Origin: Pseudomonadota bacterium
GTDB lineage: Bacteria > UBA10199 > 2-02-FULL-44-16 > JAAZCA01
Assembly: GCA_043798915.1 (NCBI GenBank)
Contig: JAZDOG010000102.1
Location: 1 to 64,000 of the forward strand
DNA length: 64,000 nucleotides
Reading direction: 5' to 3'
In this document: positions 57,511 to 64,000 of the stretch, piece after piece
Layout of the letters: each line of letters starts with the position of its first letter
Numbering within the stretch: position 1 is the stretch's first letter
Made by a program: the position numbers and the translations under genes
The notes under the pieces: generated by a model
The model's database searches: none
What the model was told of the DNA's origin: nothing
Seen by the model: only the letters and a program-made list of their open reading frames with translations

Positions 57511-58446
57511 TCATTCCAAGTGCTGGATACAGCCCTTTGTGAGGCCCAGACGGTGCAGGGCATCCTCCGCCTCGGCGAATTCTGCCTTCACGACCTTCCG
57601 ACCGAGGATCGGATCGCCAACCGCCTGGTCCGCCGGAAAATACTGGCTCATGAGGTTGACCGGCACGTCGGTCGAGAGCTCGCCCGCGATGAACTCGAAT
57701 ACTTTTTCGGATGACGCGAAGCCTCCGGGCAACACGAGGTGGCGGATCAGGAGGCCGCGCCTGCCTATCCCCTCGCCGTCCATCTCAAGCGGCCCGACCT
57801 GCCTGAACATCTCCTTCACCGCAGGGCGGACGTGCTCCCAATAGTCCGGCGCATCCGAGCATCTCGCCGAGGCATCCCTCGTCGCATACTTGATGTCGGG
57901 CATGTAGATGTCGACCACCCCATCGAGGAGCTTGAGCGCCTGCATCCCGTCGTATCCGCTGCAGTTGTAGACGATCGGGATGCAAAGCCCTTCTTTCGCA
58001 GCGATCGCAAGCCCGGCCAGGAACTGCGGGACGACGTGCGAGGGCGTGACGAGGTTGATGTTGTGCGCGCCGCGCTTCTGGAGATCGAGCATCATCCGCG
58101 CGAGGGCCTGCGGGGGTGCGGGCCGCCCGTGGCGAAGCCGGCTGATCGGGTAGTTCTGGCAGAAGCGGCAGTGGAGGTTGCAGCCCGTGAAGAAGATCGT
58201 GCCAGAGCCGCGCGTCCCGGATATCGGAGGCTCCTCTCCAAAATGGAGATTCGCGCTGGCCACGCCGGCAACTTTGTCCGTCCTGCAGACTCCGGGCTTC
58301 CCATGAATGCGGTCGACCGCGCAGTCGCGAGGGCAGAGCCGGCAGCTTTTCAGCGCCGCATATGCCCGCCCAACGCGGCGGGAGAGTTCTCCTGAGGGCA
58401 AGAGGTGGAGATATGAAGGATATGATTTAGCTGAATCAGTCACCAT
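57511..58446 (-). CDS. Radical SAM protein, PflX family
   Basis: CRLCPRDC, HFGEEP, GSGTIFFTGCNLHCRFCQN, YMPDIKY, RHLVLPG. Confidence 0.92.
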   Translation of the reverse strand: MVTDSAKSYPSYLHLLPSGELSRRVGRAYAALKSCRLCPRDCAVDRIHGKPGVCRTDKVAGVASANLHFGEEPPISGTRGSGTIFFTGCNLHCRFCQNYPISRLRHGRPAPPQALARMMLDLQKRGAHNINLVTPSHVVPQFLAGLAIAAKEGLCIPIVYNCSGYDGMQALKLLDGVVDIYMPDIKYATRDASARCSDAPDYWEHVRPAVKEMFRQVGPLEMDGEGIGRRGLLIRHLVLPGGFASSEKVFEFIAGELSTDVPVNLMSQYFPADQAVGDPILGRKVVKAEFAEAEDALHRLGLTKGCIQHLE

Positions 58447-58837
58447 ACGACTCTGTTATGATCTGTCCGGCCTTGTAGTCGATGGTCACGCGGAACTGCC
58501 TGAAAAAATCGAGGCCAATGAGCGCGTCGATGCCCCAGGATTTTTCAAAGTGAGAGACATAGACCGCCAGACTCTTCATCGCACAAGAACATGCTTCTAT
58601 ATGAGGCAAAACAATTTGGCCGTATTTTTGGGTCTGCAATCCTGGTTTCAATTGAACATTCGGGTTTGTGTCCTCAAGGAAACCAAGATGTTGGAGAACT
58701 TCGTCAGAAAATTCTGTAGATGGGGCCCCTGTATCGAGAAGCGCAATACAATCTCGTTTCCTGCCATTCTTACCTTCTACATAAATTTGAAGGAGGATAT
58801 ATCGACCCTGAGTATCAAACGCCGTGACATTGCGCAT
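58436..58837 (-). CDS. Single-domain retropepsin-like aspartic protease
   Basis: ALLDTGA, DALIGLDFF. Confidence 0.85.
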   Translation of the reverse strand: MRNVTAFDTQGRYILLQIYVEGKNGRKRDCIALLDTGAPSTEFSDEVLQHLGFLEDTNPNVQLKPGLQTQKYGQIVLPHIEACSCAMKSLAVYVSHFEKSWGIDALIGLDFFRQFRVTIDYKAGQIITESYGD

Positions 58838-59057
58838 GGGCCCTCCACCCCCCAGGAAACTGGCTTTCTCCTGTATATCGAAAAGCACAGTCCTTATCTA
58901 TCGCAGGCAATTGGTAAACCTCGTTCTTTTCGATAGAATGCCTTTGCACCACCCCCTCAACTATACAACCAAGCGAATTGGTCTTATAGTCGGTGATCAG
59001 CAACCACTCGTCCGGATACGCCTTCTTCATCTCTTCCCAAGTCATCCTTTGACCCAT
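58815..59057 (-). CDS. Small protein (DUF5678-like) coupled to the protease
   Basis: WEEMKKAYPDEWLLI...YTG; overlaps protease start; AGGAGG RBS. Confidence 0.7.
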   Translation of the reverse strand: MGQRMTWEEMKKAYPDEWLLITDYKTNSLGCIVEGVVQRHSIEKNEVYQLPAIDKDCAFRYTGESQFPGGWRAHAQCHGV

Positions 59058-59150
59058 GACGTCCTCCTTCTTGTTCGATCTTGCCCAATTCTACGGCTGT
59101 GGCCGTTTACTTATCAAGGAGAATTTCGGAACTATCCGTCACTACAAATT

Positions 59151-59423
59151 TTACGCTGCCCGTTTATTGAACACAGCCTTTTCAAGTTTCTGCAGCCTCT
59201 CCATGATTGTCGAGGTTTCATCCACAAGTATTTGTCGAAGCATTTGATTGAGGACTGTCTGATACCTTCCCCCAGATTTGTTCGCCAATTCCTTCAGGGC
59301 CTTAAGAACGTCCTCATCAAGATACGTTGTCACGCGAATCTTTGTGCCGCGAAGCTCATACCTAGACATTTTTGGCCCGGATATTCTTTTCATCTTATTT
59401 GGATCTGGAATTTTCTTTTTCAT
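59151..59423 (-). CDS. brnA: BrnA-type antitoxin
   Basis: KIRVTTYLDEDVL...YQTVLNQMLR ribbon-helix-helix; overlaps brnT. Confidence 0.82.
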   Translation of the reverse strand: MKKKIPDPNKMKRISGPKMSRYELRGTKIRVTTYLDEDVLKALKELANKSGGRYQTVLNQMLRQILVDETSTIMERLQKLEKAVFNKRAA

Positions 59424-59685
59424 AAAATTTCCTCCATTTGCGCCACCTGGCGGCGCCGAATATTCTGACGGTCTTCCCTCTGACGGTATAACGCACAATG
59501 ATCACTGTGCCTTTTAACGTTTTTCCCACAGCATAGAACCTGTCTTCCTCTGATGAATGTTTTTCATCTTCCAAATGTATAACCTTCGGATCAGCGAATA
59601 CCTCAATTGCCTCCCGAAACATCACCTTATGTTTGGAAACATTCTTCAGCTCTCTATAAATGTCCCACTCAAAAGCCAAGCTCAT
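59395..59685 (-). CDS. brnT: BrnT-family toxin
   Basis: FEWD...NVSKH..F.EA..VF.DP...HSSEEDR...RI..A. Confidence 0.88.
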   Translation of the reverse strand: MSLAFEWDIYRELKNVSKHKVMFREAIEVFADPKVIHLEDEKHSSEEDRFYAVGKTLKGTVIIVRYTVRGKTVRIFGAARWRKWRKFYEKENSRSK

Positions 59686-59691
59686 ACTATG

Positions 59692-59721
59692 ATTATACAT
59701 ATATTATATGTATAATGTCAA
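59692..59721 (-). promoter_or_regulatory. Sigma70 promoter overlapped by a 25-bp palindromic operator
   Basis: Minus strand TTGACA-N18-TATAAT; palindrome ATTATACATATA-T-TATATGTATAAT at 59692-59716. Confidence 0.8.
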
Positions 59722-59836
59722 TGTCCTTATTGAGATTGCACCGGAAGCTTGGGCTCTAAATAAAGCTCGACAATTAAGCTCAATATAGGTAATCTTTAAC
59801 CAATATTAAGGCCATTCTGCTTCAATGGAAGCGCAA

Positions 59837-60202
59837 ATGAAACATTTAATCGTGTCACTGAAGACTTCAGATGAAGTCCTCGATGAATTCAAGAAGGCTT
59901 TCCGCAAGGCCAAAAAGGGGAAAGTTAAAACTCCTCATTTTGAAATCAGCTTCGACAATAAAAGAGACTTCGACCGATTCGTGCGTAATCTCTATATCTT
60001 GAAATACATCCTCATTTTCAAACCGAAGTCGGTCTATGAGTTGGCCAAGATAGCCAAGATCGATGTGTCGAATTTGAACAAGGTAATGCTTTTCTTCGAA
60101 GAAGTAGGGGCCATCAAGGTCAAGACGATTAAAACATCCGGCCGCGAAGTCAAAACGCCCACGGTGGCATACGACGCCATAGAATTTAAACTGACGGCTT
60201 GA
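59837..60202 (+). CDS. HTH DNA-binding protein (HVO_A0114-like)
   Basis: ISFD, KPKSVYELAK...DVSN, GRE.K.P.V.YD. Confidence 0.75.
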   Translation: MKHLIVSLKTSDEVLDEFKKAFRKAKKGKVKTPHFEISFDNKRDFDRFVRNLYILKYILIFKPKSVYELAKIAKIDVSNLNKVMLFFEEVGAIKVKTIKTSGREVKTPTVAYDAIEFKLTA

Positions 60203-60324
60203 GACACGTGGCAGGCCCCAACTGCTCCGGGACCGATGGTTCGAGACTGATGGTTGACAGTCAGTTGTTTTTATTAATCAGCTGCGCAAAGAGACTGTCT
60301 GGTGTCCAAACTTGATCCTTCTTT

Positions 60325-61788
60325 TCAATCAATAGGCAGCACATCACTTTTTTTAGCCTTTATGCGTTCAACTGTGTTTACGGCCTTTCGAAAGCATGGA
60401 TGGATTTGAACTTCCTCAAAACGGGGTTCATGACGTTCCTCATTAGAATAATAAATTTTGCTTCCACCCTCTCCCCCCTTCACAAAATCACCCAAAAACC
60501 CGATTTCATAAAGTACTCGCATAAAAGCTCTAATGTCAGTGCTCTCAACAATTTGGTTCCACCATTGCGCATTCAATTCCACTCCTGCTGCAAGTTGCAG
60601 CAGCATATCTTCAACCTCCATCTTCGACAAATGATATTTATGGCGAAAGAATTTCGTCTTCCAGTAGTTGAAGATTGCCACAAGACCCGGATATTGGTTT
60701 GAATACTCCGCGCAAAGGTCGTCCAGCTTCCATGATGAATATGGGCCTTCTGATGCCTTTAGCGCATCGGCGCTCGGCAGTGCTCCTTCAACAGATTCCG
60801 TGTAGTACCTTGCCAGCTGAATGAGCTCCCTGGGCCTGCCAAGTGTGCGCTCAACGAGCCAATTATCAGCATTGCTAGTTCCAATTGTGACTGGAAACAC
60901 AGTTGAGAAGGGAGATTTCTCGGCTAGTAAGTTGTGGCAAACTCTATTATAGTTTATTCGCTGATGGAGAATATTTAACAAGTCTTCCTTGTTCCAACGA
61001 ACGCGCTCAATATTTCTATACTTGTCTGCGTGCTGCGTTTTTGTGATAAGAATGGAATATACATCTTCACGCATAAACACACATGTGAAAATGTTAGGCG
61101 ATCTCCCAGAGAGATAATTTGTTGCAGCCAGGAGACCAAGGAGCATATTGTTCGCGGTTAAAGAATTATCCCAACCCAGATCAAGATCATCGATCAATAC
61201 AACAAATTTACCACCATCATTAGCAATCTTCTGCATATGGTGTTCAAGGGATTCAACTTCCGCAATACTACGAAGTTCTCGCTCTACGTTGATTCCAAAT
61301 TCTCCCAAGGATCCAACCTTGCCTTTAACTTTAGCAAGAATATCGGCTACATTCTCAACGAGGTCTTTTGAGGTGCGGTTCAGTTCCACTGCAATGTGTC
61401 GCGCAAATTCGATGCTGTCTTGGGCAAACTGACCTTTAGCTTTATCACCAACGACGCACAAAGAATCGAGTAGTATCTGGCGTAGCCAAACATGTTGAAA
61501 AAATATCTCCTCACCGAAAGTGTCAACTATATCTTTTTCATTAAGAACGCTCTTGATTGAATTATATTTGGGCGAGATATTAATAACGAAAGTATTAGCT
61601 TGATCTTGGAAGTTCTGTTCGAGCTTTTTTCTAAGAGCGCTCTTGCCTGAACCTTTGCGACCGATGACGATGCATTTGCTCTTTTCATAAATACGACGAA
61701 ACGCATCTGAGCTAACAAAATATTCAAGAAGATTGGGATCTTTTTCTGCGCTATCATCGCCCCATTGAATATCTGCGATCTTCATCAT
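60325..61788 (-). CDS. P-loop ATPase (Sll1717-like family)
   Basis: WGDDSAEKD, IGRKGSGKS, LIDDLD.GW, RTLGRPRELI, IHPCF; AT-richer codon usage. Confidence 0.85.
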   Translation of the reverse strand: MMKIADIQWGDDSAEKDPNLLEYFVSSDAFRRIYEKSKCIVIGRKGSGKSALRKKLEQNFQDQANTFVINISPKYNSIKSVLNEKDIVDTFGEEIFFQHVWLRQILLDSLCVVGDKAKGQFAQDSIEFARHIAVELNRTSKDLVENVADILAKVKGKVGSLGEFGINVERELRSIAEVESLEHHMQKIANDGGKFVVLIDDLDLGWDNSLTANNMLLGLLAATNYLSGRSPNIFTCVFMREDVYSILITKTQHADKYRNIERVRWNKEDLLNILHQRINYNRVCHNLLAEKSPFSTVFPVTIGTSNADNWLVERTLGRPRELIQLARYYTESVEGALPSADALKASEGPYSSWKLDDLCAEYSNQYPGLVAIFNYWKTKFFRHKYHLSKMEVEDMLLQLAAGVELNAQWWNQIVESTDIRAFMRVLYEIGFLGDFVKGGEGGSKIYYSNEERHEPRFEEVQIHPCFRKAVNTVERIKAKKSDVLPID

Positions 61789-62100
61789 GCCTCCTATTTG
61801 TCGTAAGACTTTCTCTTTTGCATCTGTACCAATTCAATGCCTTCAAGTCGAGGGTTCTTATCAGCTGGCGGCCGTTCATCTTGCCGGTTAGGGACCCATT
61901 TACACCACCACAGAGAGTTTGAATCCTTTTAATTTGAGCCTTCGATCATTTCATGGGTATATAAACAGGGGATTTAAGCGGGACGCCGCTTTAAAGATTC
62001 CACAAGCTGGGATCCCCCGTCCAGATTGAACAGGAACAGGGGTTGTGCCAGTTAGCCGATGAGGTGCCTAATTGCACACGAAGGTTGCTCGCTATATGGA

Positions 62101-62347
62101 GTGGTGAAAGAGGGGATGACCTCATCAGGCACCTCGCGGAACGAACCGATTTGGTCGGCGAAATGCCGCCGGTCGTGTTCCTTATGCTGTTCACGACGCC
62201 GAAGGCTGTTTGATCCGAGCGCTCAACAATCTGACGTTGATTCTGTTGAGCGCTCGGGAGTTGCCTGAGGCGAGGCGGCATGAGACCGTTACCAAATCGT
62301 GCGAGTGTAGCGCTGGTGCCTGGTGAGGTCATCCCATCTTTCGCCAC
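62101..62347. ncRNA. Candidate structured non-coding element (ncRNA or non-autonomous mobile element)
   Basis: 33-bp terminal stem enclosing 9-bp and 8-bp nested stems and four hairpins. Confidence 0.55.
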
Positions 62348-62362
62348 AACCAATGATTTCAC

Positions 62363-62401
62363 GGGATCGCCACGTCGGCCTTCGGCCTCCTCGCGATGAC
62401 A
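62363..62401. repeat. Half copy of GTCATTGCGAG-type repeat
   Basis: GGGATCGCCACGTCG..CTCCTCGCGATGACA matches the right arm at about 36986-37032. Confidence 0.8.
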
Positions 62402-62412
62402 GCGAGGACTGA

Positions 62413-63579
62413 TTATTTATACAGGAGATGCACCTTGCGTTCGGACAGAAGATTTGCGGGTGTCTTACACATCGACTTCAAATCGTCCAAAGAAAGCGCG
62501 TCGATTCCCTCGCGGAATTTGGATGAACCGGTGAGGAGGTCGATCGCCGGGCGGTTCGTGACGAATTCGTATGGCTCATGGCGCCACTCGAAGCCGCGCC
62601 CTTTGTAGAGCTTGTTCACAAGCCAGAGGAACGCGAGCCCCGTGAGATATGGCTCAAATGCGCCGACGTCGCTTATTATCCATCGGACTCCGTTGCAGAT
62701 GAGGCTCTTCCATTTCTGCCGCGTCGGGATGAAGGATGAAGGGGCGACTCGCACGCCGGGGAGTTTCAGCGCCCCAAATGCCTCGATGATCTCCTCCGAA
62801 TCGATATAGGGTGCGCCCACTATCTCAAACGGGGTGTCGGTCCCGCGCCCCTCGGAGATGTTGGTCCCCTCGATGAGGCACATCCCGGGATAGAGGAGCG
62901 CTGCGGTGTATGAGCACATGTTGGGCGAGGGGTTGGTCCATGGGATGCCGGTGTCGGTCCAGCTCATGTCTCGCCGCCAGCCCTCCATCGGGACGACCGT
63001 GAGATTTGCGCCGATCCCGGCCCGATTGTTCATTAACTGAACGATCTCGCCGATCGTCATCCCGTGCCTGACCGGCAGCGAATGGAGGCCGACGAATGAC
63101 TCGAAGTCCTCCTCGATCCCGCCCCCCTCGACCCGCGTGCCGCCGATTGGGTTCGGCCTGTCGCAGACGACGACCTGCTTCCCCGCCTCCGCGCAGGCCT
63201 CGGCGCAGAGGCTCGCGGTCCAGACGTAGGTGTAGTAACGGCTGCCGACGTCCTGGAGGTCGACCACGAGGACATCTATGCCCTCTAGCATCGCCGCCGT
63301 GGGTTTGAGCGAATCGAGCGTTGCGCCGTAGAGGCTGTGTATCTGGATGCCGCTCGACGGATCGACGGCGGAGGAGACCGCCTCCATGTCCTGTGCCATC
63401 GTGAGCAGCCCGTGCTCCGGACCAAAGAGGGCGGCCATTTTCCCGCCGCCTCTCGCAATCCGGTCCACTGCATGCAGTCCCTCCGCGTTCAGGCTTGCTG
63501 CATGCGCAAGGACGCCGATCCTCCGGCCCTTGAGGAACTCCAACCGCGAATCCATGAGGACATCTATTCCGAGACGCAT
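62413..63579 (-). CDS. namZ: Exo-beta-N-acetylmuramidase NamZ family (DUF1343)
   Basis: LFGPEHG, DLQDVGSRYYTY, DRPNPIGG, RHGMTIGE, PSPNM, SEGRGT. Confidence 0.92.
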   Translation of the reverse strand: MRLGIDVLMDSRLEFLKGRRIGVLAHAASLNAEGLHAVDRIARGGGKMAALFGPEHGLLTMAQDMEAVSSAVDPSSGIQIHSLYGATLDSLKPTAAMLEGIDVLVVDLQDVGSRYYTYVWTASLCAEACAEAGKQVVVCDRPNPIGGTRVEGGGIEEDFESFVGLHSLPVRHGMTIGEIVQLMNNRAGIGANLTVVPMEGWRRDMSWTDTGIPWTNPSPNMCSYTAALLYPGMCLIEGTNISEGRGTDTPFEIVGAPYIDSEEIIEAFGALKLPGVRVAPSSFIPTRQKWKSLICNGVRWIISDVGAFEPYLTGLAFLWLVNKLYKGRGFEWRHEPYEFVTNRPAIDLLTGSSKFREGIDALSLDDLKSMCKTPANLLSERKVHLLYK

Positions 63580-63693
63580 ATGAAGTTTCTATCAGAATTT
63601 TTTCTGAAAGTCAGGCACAGAGTCGGGTGATTGACGTCTGAGGCGGTTCACGATAGAGCACGAAGCCTGTTCGCCAATCAAGGAGGGAGATCC

Positions 63694-64000
63694 ATGAAGC
63701 TCAATCAGGACCGGCTCGTCGACAGATTCGTGAAGTACGCCCGGATCGACACCCAATCGGACCCGGAATCCAAAGCCACCCCCAGCACGCCGGGGCAGCT
63801 CGTGCTCGCGACGATCGTCGCCGAGGACATGCGCCAGGCTGGGATCGCCGACGTCCAGATGATGGCGGAGGGCTTCGTCTTCGGGACCATCCCCGAGAAT
63901 CTCCCCGAGAACCATCCGGCGAAGGGCAAGGCCCCGACGCTCGGTTTTCTGGCGCACTTCGACACGGCGGGCGAAGCGCCGGGGGCGAACGTCGAACCAC
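63694..64000 (+). CDS. pepT: Peptidase T (M20), partial at window edge
   Basis: Manual translation MKLNQDRLVDRFVKYARIDTQSDP...PSTPGQ...GFLAHFDTA; AGGAGG RBS. Confidence 0.9.
   Translation, partial: MKLNQDRLVDRFVKYARIDTQSDPESKATPSTPGQLVLATIVAEDMRQAGIADVQMMAEGFVFGTIPENLPENHPAKGKAPTLGFLAHFDTAGEAPGANVEP

Noticed and set aside
62101..62347. Retron msr-msd
   Set aside because: Terminal inverted repeat and long hairpin are suggestive, but no reverse transcriptase is encoded in the window
61991..62362. 123-aa minus-strand ORF over the structured element
   Set aside because: No motifs or RBS; its repeated peptides just mirror the inverted repeat

Overview
A GC-rich bacterial chromosome segment, probably near the replication origin. 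The gene order parA-parB-bactofilin-atpF'-atpF-atpH-atpA-atpG-atpD-atpC and the outer-membrane barrels suggest a 'deltaproteobacterium-like' diderm (inference). Core content: parAB with two perfect parS sites, the F1 plus b/b' part of the ATP synthase operon, CIRCE-groESL, gyrB, gap-pgk-tpiA-secG, mnmE-mnmG, pepA, a DEAD-box helicase, tyrosine phenol-lyase, transporters, tRNA-Arg(ACG) and tRNA-Leu(GAG). Accessory blocks: (i) a Fic gene cut by an IS21-like end at the left edge; (ii) 16.8-28.7 kb, three large orphan proteins behind a sigma28-like motif, two paralogous double-retropepsin+PDZ proteases around an AAA ATPase, all separated by a shared hairpin repeat; (iii) HEPN-MNT after gyrB; (iv) a lower-GC islet at 58.4-62.4 kb with toxin-antitoxin-type genes, a solo P-loop ATPase and a 247-nt nested, highly structured non-coding element, the most striking unexplained signal. 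A palindromic repeat family occurs seven times, including at atp intercistronic junctions and in-frame inside mnmG. GyrB shows unusual substitutions in its normally invariant TOPRIM motif. All product calls come from motif recognition by eye, without database searches.
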